DNA of 40,669 nucleotides, from the sequence record DRR723986_599; one strand, written 5' to 3'. Shown here piece by piece: positions 7,364 through 17,155 of this stretch (positions are counted from its first letter, which is position 1; each line of letters begins with the position of its first letter). The notes beneath the pieces are model-generated. The model worked only from the letters and a program-made list of their open reading frames with translations. It searched no databases and had not been told where the DNA came from. The position numbers and the translations under genes are program-made.

Positions 7364-8542
7364 ATGATTCGATCATCCGCGAACTTATCCAACATCAAAC
7401 GCCTGGCAGCCATATGTCGCCAGCCGCTAAGACGGACTGCCTCTGCGGCTGTCTTGGCTGCTCCGCTGGCAACTTTGCCATTGGCAAATTCCAACGCGCA
7501 AGAAAGGCCGCAAGTAATTGCGGTCGAGGTGCAGGAGGTTGCAGAGCCTGAGGCCAAGGAAGACGCAGCGGCCAAAGCAGAGAAGCGAAAGGCGATGCAG
7601 ATTGTCCGTGTGACACAAGCATTCCTCGAAACACTTTCCGACGAACAGAAAGAAAAGGCAACGCTGGAATTCGATGACAAGCAACGCGTCGGTTGGCACT
7701 TCATACCAAAGGATTCTCGCAAGGGCGTGCCCCTGAAGGAGATGGAAGCCGAACAAAAGAAGGCGGCCATGCTTGTGCTACGCGCGGCGGTAAGCAAGCT
7801 GGGATTTGAGAAGTCTACCCAAATCATGAAGCTTGAATCTGTTCTCAAGCAGTTAGAAGGCGACAAGGGACGCAACGAACGCAACCCTGAGAAGTACTAC
7901 TTCACGGTCTTTGGCCAGCCGAAGTTCAAGGCGCGTTGGGGCCTGAGTATCGAGGGGCACCACCTGTCACTGAATTTCGTGTTCAAGGGAAACAAGGTGC
8001 TGGATTCCACGCCACAGTTCTTCGCGACCAACCCAGCGGTCTTGAAAGAAGATTTTGGTGAGGGCTTTCCAAAGGGCCTGCAAGTCTTGAAAGCGGAGGA
8101 GCAACTCGGGTTCAAGCTCGTGCGAAGCCTTGACGAAGCGCAAAAGAAGAAGGCGATGCTGCCGGGCGATACGCCGAGCGAGATTCGGGCCGCAGGCTCA
8201 GTGCAACCTCCAATGGAATCCCTGGGTGGCATTGCCGTTGCTGATCTCAACGAAGAACAACAAGCGACACTGCAGCGATTGTTGAAAGCCTACACAGGCA
8301 AGATGAAGCCGCTTGTTGCCAAGGAGCGGTGGAAGTTGATTGAAGAAGCGGGCATGGACAAAGTTACTTTCGGCTGGTCCGGCGCGACGCGTCCTGGCGT
8401 CGGTCACTACTACGTCATCCAAGGGCCCACGTTCGTGGTTGAATTCATCAACGTTCAACCCGATGCGGCTGGGAACCCAGCCAACCACGTCCACTGTGTC
8501 TGGCGCGATATGGGCGGCGACTTCGACTTGCCGATCAAGTAG
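7364..8542 (+). CDS. DUF3500 family secreted protein
   Basis: Signal-peptide-like N-terminus; WHFIP, YYFTVFG.P, WGLSIEGHHLSLNF, TPQFF..NP, YYVIQGPTFVVEF, NHVHCVWRD..GDF. ATG 7364 has GGAG upstream. Confidence 0.85.
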   Translation: MIRSSANLSNIKRLAAICRQPLRRTASAAVLAAPLATLPLANSNAQERPQVIAVEVQEVAEPEAKEDAAAKAEKRKAMQIVRVTQAFLETLSDEQKEKATLEFDDKQRVGWHFIPKDSRKGVPLKEMEAEQKKAAMLVLRAAVSKLGFEKSTQIMKLESVLKQLEGDKGRNERNPEKYYFTVFGQPKFKARWGLSIEGHHLSLNFVFKGNKVLDSTPQFFATNPAVLKEDFGEGFPKGLQVLKAEEQLGFKLVRSLDEAQKKKAMLPGDTPSEIRAAGSVQPPMESLGGIAVADLNEEQQATLQRLLKAYTGKMKPLVAKERWKLIEEAGMDKVTFGWSGATRPGVGHYYVIQGPTFVVEFINVQPDAAGNPANHVHCVWRDMGGDFDLPIK

Positions 8543-8566
8543 GCTGAGCCACCAAGCATCTTGCAC

Positions 8567-8613
8567 AAAAAACCGCCGCCAGAGAAACCTCTCGGGCGGC
8601 GGTTTTGTTTTTT
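8567..8613. terminator. Bidirectional intrinsic terminator between convergent genes
   Basis: Stem AAAACCGCCGCC / GGCGGCGGTTTT with an A-tract before and a T-tract after. Confidence 0.85.
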
Positions 8614-8651
8614 AGTATCTAAGCCAGCCTAACGCCGCGGTGAATACACAG

Positions 8652-9356
8652 CTAAGGCAGGCGACGCGTCAAAAGGTCAGCCGCCATAGCACGCAGTTGA
8701 GTGGCTTTACCAAGCAGTTCACGCGACTCTGTTATTTTCTGCGCCCGCGCGGCCAGGGCCGCTTCGTGGACCAACGATTGGGCTGCTTGGCACAGGCCGT
8801 TGGCCGTTTCCATGCGTATCTTGAGGCGTTCGAAAAACTCCTCAGAAGGCGTTTCCAATTGCTCGTTGAGGCTGGGCGGAAAACTCTGGTTGACCGGTAA
8901 GTCGTTGGCCGACTGCGAAGCGCTGTTGAGCATCGGTGGCGACTGTTGGGTTACTTCGCTGCTCTGAAACATCTTCTTGATTTCTTGGAAGACAGGATCC
9001 GATCCGAGCGACTCTACATCAACCTCTGGCGAAATAGGCTCAACCGCGGGCAGGTTCGGCCCTTGCTGAGGAGGAGGAGTGCGGAGTGAGGGCACGTTCG
9101 GCAGGTCGGCTTCAAGGTCTTTCTTCGCGGCGACCTCAATGTTTGACGGGCCGACTTCAATGTCTGACGGGCCTTCGTAGGTAGCCGGTAGCGGCGCTTC
9201 AGCTTGTTCTGCTGGTTTGACGGTTAGTTCCGCTGGAGGGACGCGGCCTGCCGGCTGGTCGTCTTGCTGTAGAAACGCCATTGCACCTGGAGTCGCGATG
9301 ACCGCAAGAGCATTCAATGCTAAGAAGCCAATCAGAATGGGAGCCGCGATACGCAT
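8652..9356 (-). CDS. Hypothetical exported protein with a Pro-rich linker and a C-terminal helical bundle
   Basis: MRIAAPILIGFLALNALAV signal-like N-terminus; ATG 9356 has AAAGGA upstream. Confidence 0.7.
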   Translation of the reverse strand: MRIAAPILIGFLALNALAVIATPGAMAFLQQDDQPAGRVPPAELTVKPAEQAEAPLPATYEGPSDIEVGPSNIEVAAKKDLEADLPNVPSLRTPPPQQGPNLPAVEPISPEVDVESLGSDPVFQEIKKMFQSSEVTQQSPPMLNSASQSANDLPVNQSFPPSLNEQLETPSEEFFERLKIRMETANGLCQAAQSLVHEAALAARAQKITESRELLGKATQLRAMAADLLTRRLP

Positions 9357-9507
9357 GGTCAATCCTTTGTACAATTGTCTTGGCTGGAAATCGTTGTTGT
9401 TTGAAAGTGTTGATACGTGGGGCGTGATCGACTTGCACTGAACTGTTGAGATTCTAGGTGCACTTCTAGTGGTTGCTTATTGCCCTGATTGGAGCGACGC
9501 CGGCACG

Positions 9508-11298
9508 CTATTGCAACAGTGCTTCGACATCGCGTCGCAGCTTCGTGCCACGTGAGTTGAGCATGCGAACGGTTCCGTCACGATCAACCAATAGAGTGAA
9601 TGGGATGCGATCCACTCCAAAGTTCTGTGCGATGTCCGAATCGAATGCCAACGCTGAGCTTGTAGGGACCGCTTGCAGCCAAGGCAAGCTGCGGTTGCGG
9701 ACGAAAGCTTCTCCGTCGGACAGTTTTTCGTCCAGGCACACGCCAACCACTTCGAAACCATTATCGTGGTAGTCGCTGTAGATGGATTCGATGTTCTTCA
9801 TCTCTTCAACGCAATTGATGCACCAACTGGCCCAGAAATCCACCAAGACGACTTTGCCCTTTAGCGATGCCTGGTCAATCGGTTGCCCTGAGAAATCAGC
9901 AACCGAAGTCAGTGTTAGCGGGGCCCCGATTAGGTTGAATCTTCTTTGGTGTTCCGCAATCAGTGTTTCGACATTGGCCGTTTGAAATGGAGCAATGGCA
10001 ATCGATCCCGCAGCTTGTTCGATGGTATCGACAAGGAGTGCGCTGGCTTGCACTTGCCCGCTGGCGTCGAGCTCACCGAGCATCGATGCAAGCTTTTCGG
10101 CGGCGACACCATAGGGAAACTCTTCCAGCAGTCGTCGGGCTGCCGCGGCCAAATCGTTCGACGAGGCTTTACCATTGGTTACGTCGGATTGCGTCGTGTT
10201 CAGCGTGGCCGAAATCGGGCTCGATCGCGTTAGCAGTAGCCAAGCTTCACCGCGGAGATTGCGATCTTCAGAATCAATATAGGCGTTGGCCAGCATGTCG
10301 GCCGTTTCGTTGGCAACGTCGGTATGCCCAAGTTGATTCATAACAACGGCCGCGTTCTGAACAGCGACGTACTCTGGGAACTTGCGACGTTCGGGAGCGT
10401 CGAGTAGCAAGGCACAGCTCTTGGATAAGAGCGAGGGATCTTTGGTCAATCCGTTAGCAAGTGCTTGCACTTCGAAACCCAGAAGTACAACTCTTCCTTG
10501 ATGAGCAACGTCGGCGTCTGCATCCTGTGTTAGCTCCTGTGCAAATTCGCGAAGTTTTTGTGCCGAAGCAACGTCCTGCAAACCGCTGAGATGCGATAGC
10601 GCGACCAGCTTAGCAATTTTAGCTGCTTTTGTTTGTTCTGCTGATGCGTCGGCGGAGTCGAGTACGCTTTGGGCGGTGAACATCTTCAGTTGTCCCAGCC
10701 GTTGCCCCGCCTGTTGGTACTGCTGCCGCGATAGCAGCCCATTGTTACCAAGCAGAACCACCTCCCGCAGGGCCTCATCCACCTTGGCAACATGCTGCAG
10801 CAGCTCAGTCGGATCAGTGGAATTCAGCTTGCCGATCGTGGCGAATGAGCGTGCCTGCAGGTTAACACTTTCCTCGGTCGAGACTTGGTCTGCGGCAGAG
10901 GAGGTGCTTGCTGCTGGCGGGGCCGCATCCGAATTCACGCCAGGAGCCTGGGGAGTGACGTCTTGCGGGATGGTGTTGCCGGGAGTTGTGCTGTCCGGAT
11001 TGGCAGGGCTTGATGGAGGCGCTTCGGCGTTGTCGCTGGCTGTGTCGTTTGGCGTTCCCCGGTTGCCTGCCGGCGGCAGAGGCATGGGGGCGGCCTGATT
11101 ACCCATACCAGGATTCTGCGCGTCGGAACCCGTTGCTCCCGCAGAATCAGATGGAGAGCCGCCAGCGGGAACTGCCGTATTCTCGTCGCCGCCGGTAGAT
11201 GTCAATTTTTGCGGGGAAGCTTGGTTGCAGGCCACAAGAGCTCCAACGCAGGCAACCAAGGCGATTCGGTTCAGTAGTTTGATGGGAATATACGGCAT
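9508..11298 (-). CDS. TlpA-like thioredoxin-fold lipoprotein with a large helical N-terminal region
   Basis: Lipobox-like LVAC; P/A/S/G-rich linker; C-terminal GKVVLVDFWASWCINC..E and cis-Pro motif GVDRIPFTLLVDRDG. Confidence 0.85.
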   Translation of the reverse strand: MPYIPIKLLNRIALVACVGALVACNQASPQKLTSTGGDENTAVPAGGSPSDSAGATGSDAQNPGMGNQAAPMPLPPAGNRGTPNDTASDNAEAPPSSPANPDSTTPGNTIPQDVTPQAPGVNSDAAPPAASTSSAADQVSTEESVNLQARSFATIGKLNSTDPTELLQHVAKVDEALREVVLLGNNGLLSRQQYQQAGQRLGQLKMFTAQSVLDSADASAEQTKAAKIAKLVALSHLSGLQDVASAQKLREFAQELTQDADADVAHQGRVVLLGFEVQALANGLTKDPSLLSKSCALLLDAPERRKFPEYVAVQNAAVVMNQLGHTDVANETADMLANAYIDSEDRNLRGEAWLLLTRSSPISATLNTTQSDVTNGKASSNDLAAAARRLLEEFPYGVAAEKLASMLGELDASGQVQASALLVDTIEQAAGSIAIAPFQTANVETLIAEHQRRFNLIGAPLTLTSVADFSGQPIDQASLKGKVVLVDFWASWCINCVEEMKNIESIYSDYHDNGFEVVGVCLDEKLSDGEAFVRNRSLPWLQAVPTSSALAFDSDIAQNFGVDRIPFTLLVDRDGTVRMLNSRGTKLRRDVEALLQ

Positions 11299-11594
11299 AG
11301 CTTGGGTTTCAAACGCAAGTTTGGGGCGGGTGCATTGGAGAAGCTGCACACCAACGCAGATCAACGCGCAATGAGGCTCAACCGCAGATTCTACCTTCGG
11401 TCGGCTGAACTATCCAACCGCAGGTCCTACCAATCAGGTCAAAAGCCCGGCTGTCCGCTTCCTGTAAGCGTCACGGCAAGCACAAAATGTGGCCCTGTTA
11501 CTGCGAAGCGGATTGGAACACGCCGCAATTGCTAGCATTCAGAAGCCAAGCGGAGAGTCGATACTTGCAAGTTGGCTAGAGCCGAAATTCGATC

Positions 11595-12701
11595 TTAGGG
11601 GGCTGGCTGTTCGTTATCGCCCTTGGTCTCAGGCAATGGCTGCGCGGGAGTGGGCGCCTCGAATAGCATCTGCATCAGCCGGTCGAGTTCCGAACTGTGG
11701 GCTTCTAACGACACGACTTCCCCGATCTTGTTCAACAGTAAAGACAGTGGCAATGCTGAAACGCCATACTTGAAGCTCAGGCGGTCGGAGAGCTGCGGGG
11801 AATTGTCGATGGCGATCGGCCAAGTGATCTCGTTTTTCTTTACAAACTGTTTCACTTGTTGCGGGTCGCTGTCCACGCTGATGCCGACAACGTTCAAGCC
11901 ATCTTTATATTTTTCAGCATACTTCTTCATCTGTGGCAGAATGCGCTGGCAGCTTGCCGAGTCGGTCTTGAAGAAGTAAACGATGGCGTAGCGATTCTTG
12001 AGGTAGGCCGTGTCAAGCGGCTTTCCGTCCAGATCCTTCAGTTCTAGCTCCAGTGGTTTACCGAGCAAGTCTAAGCGTCTGAGTGCGCCTTCGGCAACAA
12101 AGTGAAGCCCCTGGAACTCGGGCCGCTTGTCATCTTTGAGCATTGAGGCCAGAAGCTGGTAAGTCTCCTTGGCGGGTTTCTTGTTGGGTTGCATTTCCAG
12201 CATCATGGCTGCCGTCAGGCCAGTGTTGACGTCGGCAATTTCAAGCTGCTTGCGATCCCGGAGAAACTTGTGAATCTGTTCTTTGGACTTTTCGCGAGCT
12301 TCGGGGCTCATGGTGGTCATTAGGGCAACCGTCGACGAGATAGCATCGAACTCGATCCTTTGGAACAGCTCACCATCTTTGGATTTGTCCAGCAAAGCCA
12401 GCAGCTTCTTGGAGCCATCGCGAATCGCCGTCTGCATTTGAACGTATTCGTCGGCGGAAGCTGGCTGAACCTTCCGCATCTTGCCCAAGAATGCTTGTAG
12501 CGTTTCGCGGTTGGCTGGTTCCGGTAGCGGAAAACGTGCTTGCTCGGCTGCTGCCGCACCAGCAGGTTTGGGGGCAGGCTGCTGCGCCATCACTTGAGCG
12601 CTCAAGCCGACCGTTGTCACAGTCAGTGCGACGTAGGCGAACACTGGCCGGAAGTGTCTGATGCCCGTCGAGCCACTTTCAACACTTGTTGACCTAACCA
12701 T
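11595..12701 (-). CDS. TlpA/redoxin-fold exported protein with an atypical SxxC site
   Basis: Signal-like segment ending in AQVMA; LGKPLELELKDLDGKP, VYFFKTDSASC, VVGISVD, YGVSALP. Confidence 0.8.
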   Translation of the reverse strand: MVRSTSVESGSTGIRHFRPVFAYVALTVTTVGLSAQVMAQQPAPKPAGAAAAEQARFPLPEPANRETLQAFLGKMRKVQPASADEYVQMQTAIRDGSKKLLALLDKSKDGELFQRIEFDAISSTVALMTTMSPEAREKSKEQIHKFLRDRKQLEIADVNTGLTAAMMLEMQPNKKPAKETYQLLASMLKDDKRPEFQGLHFVAEGALRRLDLLGKPLELELKDLDGKPLDTAYLKNRYAIVYFFKTDSASCQRILPQMKKYAEKYKDGLNVVGISVDSDPQQVKQFVKKNEITWPIAIDNSPQLSDRLSFKYGVSALPLSLLLNKIGEVVSLEAHSSELDRLMQMLFEAPTPAQPLPETKGDNEQPAP

Positions 12702-12856
12702 AAAACCGTCCTGCCCTGATTGGATTGCACCTGACCATTACCAGGGCAGATTCTAAATCGGAGTGCCTTCGACGGGTAGCTGCCCGGAATTCGGTTGCGG
12801 AATGCACCCACACGCTGTCTTTAAGCACTGCCCAAACCACTGCTTTAAAAACGCAC

Positions 12857-12894
12857 AAAAAAATCCGCTGCTCCAACGGATTGGAACAACGGAC
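12857..12894 (-). terminator. Rho-independent terminator of 12978..13541
   Basis: Minus strand reads GTCCGTTGTTCCAA-TCCG-TTGGAGCAGCGGAT followed by a T-run; the G-U pairs fit the minus strand. Confidence 0.8.
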
Positions 12895-12977
12895 TTCTTG
12901 AATCGCCAAATGGAAGCGTCTTGCGGGATAAACGCCTACCGAAGCGAGTGAATTCTTGGAATTGAACCAGGTCCGGC

Positions 12978-13541
12978 CTAGCGCCAGTATCGAACTCGGT
13001 ACCAGCCGTCGGAGCCGCGAACGACAGCGTCCGCAACCAACGTCATGTTGCCGGAAGGACGACAGGTCGGCGCATTGGGGCTGGAAGAACTCCAACCCAC
13101 GCCACAAAAACGGACTCCCGGGATGGTCCCACGAACGTGTCCCTTGTAGCGACGCGAGGCCATTTGTCTGGCTTCTTGCTCAGCTTCGGCCTGGAACGAA
13201 TTCGCAACAGGTCTTGCTTGTACTTGAGCGCTGGTGACTTGTCCCACGTTGCTTGTCACGGTTGCTGACGCTGGCGTGACCACTGACGCTGCTGGCACAA
13301 CGGCAGACGAGCTGACCGTGGTAGGGGCGGCTGTCGGAGTCATGACCACGTGTGACTGAACAACCGCTGGTTGCACAATCCGCGGTGTTGTAACGATAGA
13401 CGACTGTTGAACATAGGTCGAACTGGATGGCACAACTCTGTAGTGTGTCTTACCGCGTTTGAAGAACCGTTGTGCGTTTGCGGTGGACGTTCCTACTGCA
13501 CATAAGCACAGCCCAAGCCCTGCGATGAGGCAGAATCGCAT
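12978..13541 (-). CDS. Secreted hypothetical protein with a Thr/Val/Ser-rich linker and a small, possibly CAP-like, C-terminal domain
   Basis: Signal peptide ending in ANA|Q; AAAGGAG upstream; C-terminus AEQEARQMASRRYKGH...GVGW...C...DAVVRGSDGWYRVRYW. Confidence 0.75.
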   Translation of the reverse strand: MRFCLIAGLGLCLCAVGTSTANAQRFFKRGKTHYRVVPSSSTYVQQSSIVTTPRIVQPAVVQSHVVMTPTAAPTTVSSSAVVPAASVVTPASATVTSNVGQVTSAQVQARPVANSFQAEAEQEARQMASRRYKGHVRGTIPGVRFCGVGWSSSSPNAPTCRPSGNMTLVADAVVRGSDGWYRVRYWR

Positions 13542-13964
13542 AAAACACTCCTTTACGTCGAATACTACTCAAGACGCGTACGAGGCACCCCGCCCCGAAT
13601 GACTGCGTCTGAAGATCTGCCGACTACGATGGCGCGGACTATTGAACTTGGCAACCGCCACCTTCGGGTGTTCCGGCGTCGTGCTAGCGGCCTAACGGAA
13701 GACAGAATTGCGTTGGGGCCAGATTGCGGTGCCTGACTGCCCCAGGTGGTGGTTTTGGTAGTTTGGCGGAAATTTAACGACTAGCCCCGAGCAGCGTGGA
13801 CACTCTCTCCAGCAGGCGAAATTTGGCGTCCGTGGAACCCGTGCAGGCGGCATGAGATTGAACTTTTGTGGTATTTGCGGCGAGCTGACTGGTATTCGAA
13901 GTACCGAGTGTCATGAATAATGGCAGGCCACTGTCCAAGAGTTGCCTCCAAGAATAGATCGCGC

Positions 13965-15311
13965 ATGATCAACACCCTATTCCTGCCCGAATTGCGAGAA
14001 ATGCTCGCTGAAACGGACGAAAACGGTCTGCGCGAATTCTGTACGGCACTCCATCCGGCGCGAACGGCCGAGTTCATGGAGGGGCTGCACGCTGGCGAGG
14101 CGTGGCGGGTTTTGCAGTATGCGGAAAAGCATTTGAGGGCCGAGGTCTTCAGCTATTTTCCCCACCAAATGCAGCTCGACATGTTGGGCAAGGAAGATAA
14201 TCGACAAGTTGCTGAGCTTGTCGCGGTCATCCCTGCCGATGATGCCGTCGACCTTCTTAGCGAGCTTGACGAGTCGCGGGTTGAGGAAGTGCTCGCGCTT
14301 GTACCAACGCCGGACCGTCGTGATATTCGACGCCTGCAGACATTCCCTGAGGGAACTGCTGGCTCGATCATGACCACTGAAGCGGCTTGCCTGGATGAGA
14401 AGCTGACCGTTCAGCAGGCCCTTGAACAGCTTAGTCGCCAGGCCCAGTCGCTCGAAACAATCTATTACATCTACGTTGTAGACGACACCAATCACCTACG
14501 TGGTGTGTTGAGTACAAGAATGCTGGTCAGTTCCTTCGGGAATCAGCAGCGTACTATCGGCGAATTGATGGATACGGACATCCTGACTGTTGATGCAAAC
14601 GATGATCAACAAGATGTAGCGCAAACGGTTGCCAAGTATGACTTATTGGCGATTCCCGTCGTCGACCAACAGCGTCACATGTTGGGGATTATCACACACG
14701 ATGATGTTATCGATGTCGTCCTAGAAGAAGCCGCCGAGGATGTTCAGCGGATCGCGGCCGTTGAACCGCTCGGAGACAGTTATGTTCGGACGCCCATTCT
14801 GACACTGACGTGGAAACGCGGTATGTGGCTAGGGATTCTGTTCTTCGCGAGTCTGTTAACCGCTTTTGCTCTGAAGTACTACGACTCGCAGACGCGACAA
14901 TTTGAATGGTTGGTGCTGTTCATTCCTCTGGTCATCGGTTCCGGCGGTAACTCTGGTGCACAGTCGTCCACTCTAATCATCGCGGCCATGGCGACCGGCG
15001 ATCTCAAATTAGCCAAGTGGAAACATATTGTTGGACGCGAGGTGGCCACAGGCACTCTGCTGGGACTGTTTCTCGCGTCGCTGTCCGTTGTACCCGCCGT
15101 TTTCTTGGCTCCAACATTCCTGTCCGCCGCCGTCGTCCCGCTGACCGTGTTCTTGGTCGTGATATGCGGAACGTTTTCCGGGAGCGTATTGCCTCTGCTT
15201 TTCCAGCGGGTTGGTTGGGACCCTGCCTTGATGAGCAATCCGTTTGTCGCTGGTATTAACGACATTCTCGGGATTGTCATCTACGTCAATATCGCGCTGC
15301 TACTGCTGTAG
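13965..15311 (+). CDS. mgtE: Magnesium transporter MgtE
   Basis: MgtE N-domain, CBS pair (TAGSIMT, IYYIYVVD, YDLLAIPVVD, LGIITHDD), transmembrane motifs GGNSGAQS and DPALMSNPFV..IND. Confidence 0.95.
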   Translation: MINTLFLPELREMLAETDENGLREFCTALHPARTAEFMEGLHAGEAWRVLQYAEKHLRAEVFSYFPHQMQLDMLGKEDNRQVAELVAVIPADDAVDLLSELDESRVEEVLALVPTPDRRDIRRLQTFPEGTAGSIMTTEAACLDEKLTVQQALEQLSRQAQSLETIYYIYVVDDTNHLRGVLSTRMLVSSFGNQQRTIGELMDTDILTVDANDDQQDVAQTVAKYDLLAIPVVDQQRHMLGIITHDDVIDVVLEEAAEDVQRIAAVEPLGDSYVRTPILTLTWKRGMWLGILFFASLLTAFALKYYDSQTRQFEWLVLFIPLVIGSGGNSGAQSSTLIIAAMATGDLKLAKWKHIVGREVATGTLLGLFLASLSVVPAVFLAPTFLSAAVVPLTVFLVVICGTFSGSVLPLLFQRVGWDPALMSNPFVAGINDILGIVIYVNIALLLL

Positions 15312-15364
15312 CGTGCGAAGGCGAAACCGAGAGACGTGCTAACTATCAAGCCGATAGAAATGGC

Positions 15365-15709
15365 CTAGCCAAGATGGCTTGGTGTGTCACGTGAGCCGAG
15401 GTAGAGATTGAGAATCTGACTCTGGACTTTGATCGCTCGGACGAGCGTCCAAACATGGTCAGATGAAAATTCGCAGGGGTTGCCAGACGCCAGGCAGTCG
15501 AGTTCGTCAGCAACGGCATTGTGTTGATCCGATGCAGCGCTCAGTTGCATGCCCATGCTTTCGCAGGCATTGTCCAAGCGGTTGACGTCGTGAAAAGCCT
15601 CGATCGAATCGACGTTTTGTGCGACAAGCAATGCTAGACGTAGCTGTTCAACCGGATTGAATTCCGGGTGTAACAGGGCCACGTTCTTAATTAGTCCGAC
15701 TGCATCCAC
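15365..15709 (-). CDS. Hypothetical helical protein
   Basis: 114-aa ORF with GTG start, protein-like amphipathic composition, filling an intergenic gap. Confidence 0.65.
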   Translation of the reverse strand: MDAVGLIKNVALLHPEFNPVEQLRLALLVAQNVDSIEAFHDVNRLDNACESMGMQLSAASDQHNAVADELDCLASGNPCEFSSDHVWTLVRAIKVQSQILNLYLGSRDTPSHLG

Positions 15710-16044
15710 TCGTCACATTCTCTCATGCCAGGCACCGGAGGCGCGGTTCTTCAGCTACGCCCGTTGAAGAAATAACTTCCCGCAAGACTAGCCTGAAGCT
15801 ACAACTCGGCAGCTTCATCCTGAGCAATCTGCGGGTGATCGTAGCTGTGCAAGACCACAAAAAGGGCGATCGTAAGGGTTGTGACACTTGTCACCACGAC
15901 GAATCCCCATCGCTCAAGACCTGAGCCCTCGGGAACGAGAGACCTTCAAGCCCACGGTTGCTAGGCACAAGGTACTCCAGCTATGCCCTGGTGGCGATGT
16001 CAATGCTCCTGTAGATGCCGACGAATGCGGAATCCCGAGGCTCT

Positions 16045-16935
16045 CTAGAGAAGGCCGTAGTCGGAAAGCGTTTGAGAAAGCGTGGCTTCTTCTTCTGTCG
16101 AGAGACCCGTCATGGGCAATCGCAGTTCGCCAGCGTCACGACCAAGCATGCGCATTGCAACTTTGACCGGGATCGGATTGGTGCTTAGCCCAAGCATGTC
16201 ACGACAAAGTGGGAACAACTTGTGGTGCCCCTGAGCCGCAGTTGCGAAGTCGCCGCTGGCTGCAGCTTGAACCATGCTGATCACGTCTGCCGGAACAATG
16301 TTCCCAGCCACGCTGATGACTCCTTCAGCACCGACGCTCATCATCGGAAGCGTGAGCGAGTCATCGCCGCTGAGGACGGTCAGATTGGTGGAGTTCAGAA
16401 TCTGCGAGCATTGGTCGAGCGAACCAGTCGCCTCTTTGACCATGGTTATATTGGGGATATCTGCGAGTCGAATGATTGTGTCGGGTTCGATGTTCTTGCC
16501 AGTACGCCCGGGAATGTTGTAGACGCAAATCGGCAGCGAAACGTCTTCTGCAATAGCCTTGAAGTGCTCGTAAAAGCCCTTCTGGGTCGGCTTGTTGTAG
16601 TACGGAGCAACTTGCAGCGAGGCGTCGGCGCCCTCTTTTGCAGCCCAACGCGTCAATCGCAACGCCTCTGCTGTGGAGTTGCTGCCCGTTCCAGCCATGA
16701 CCTTACAACGACCGGCGGCAATCTGGACGACCTCGCTGATAACTCGTTCGTGCTCTTCATGCGAAAGTGTTGGTGATTCGCCAGTCGTGCCAGCGGGAAC
16801 CAAGCAATTTGTACCGGCTGCGATTTGGAATTCGACCTGCTCGCGCAGTCGGCCCACGTCCAGAACGTCATCCTTTAGTGGGGTGACGATGGCGACGGAC
16901 AAGCCTGCGTAGTCGGAGCCTTTGCGTTCGGTCAT
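16045..16935 (-). CDS. dapA: 4-hydroxy-tetrahydrodipicolinate synthase
   Basis: [30 protein letters not shown], catalytic KEA, LSGDD, NPIPVK. Confidence 0.97.
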   Translation of the reverse strand: MTERKGSDYAGLSVAIVTPLKDDVLDVGRLREQVEFQIAAGTNCLVPAGTTGESPTLSHEEHERVISEVVQIAAGRCKVMAGTGSNSTAEALRLTRWAAKEGADASLQVAPYYNKPTQKGFYEHFKAIAEDVSLPICVYNIPGRTGKNIEPDTIIRLADIPNITMVKEATGSLDQCSQILNSTNLTVLSGDDSLTLPMMSVGAEGVISVAGNIVPADVISMVQAAASGDFATAAQGHHKLFPLCRDMLGLSTNPIPVKVAMRMLGRDAGELRLPMTGLSTEEEATLSQTLSDYGLL

Positions 16936-17056
16936 GGAGATGCTACTGATGAGTTGGAGGAAGGAGTGAATGCGGTCTGCCGGGCGGGCCCGAATGCGAC
17001 TATTGTGGCAAGTGGTATCCGGCTCTTCCAGCGGGGGTCTAACTTGGGCCCCCAGT

Positions 17057-17086
17057 TCTGTAATTCAAAAGTCTGCAATTCAAAAG
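17057..17086. repeat. 15-bp tandem direct repeat upstream of dapA
   Basis: TCTGTAATTCAAAAG followed by TCTGCAATTCAAAAG (14/15 identical). Confidence 0.7.
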
Positions 17087-17155
17087 ATCGCAGGCAGGCT
17101 CAGCCACGTGCAGCTCTCTCAAGGGCTGGGGCCAACTCTGCGGACAAATGTGGTC

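Noticed and set aside
13542-13964. Possible M-box or c-di-GMP riboswitch upstream of mgtE or the divergent gene
   Set aside because: Consensus nucleotides of neither family were recognisable.
15880-16044. Possible 6S or SRP RNA downstream of dapA (CCTGAGCC, CTCG-GGAA-CGAG hairpin)
   Set aside because: No long closing rod and no SRP consensus loop; only short hairpins.
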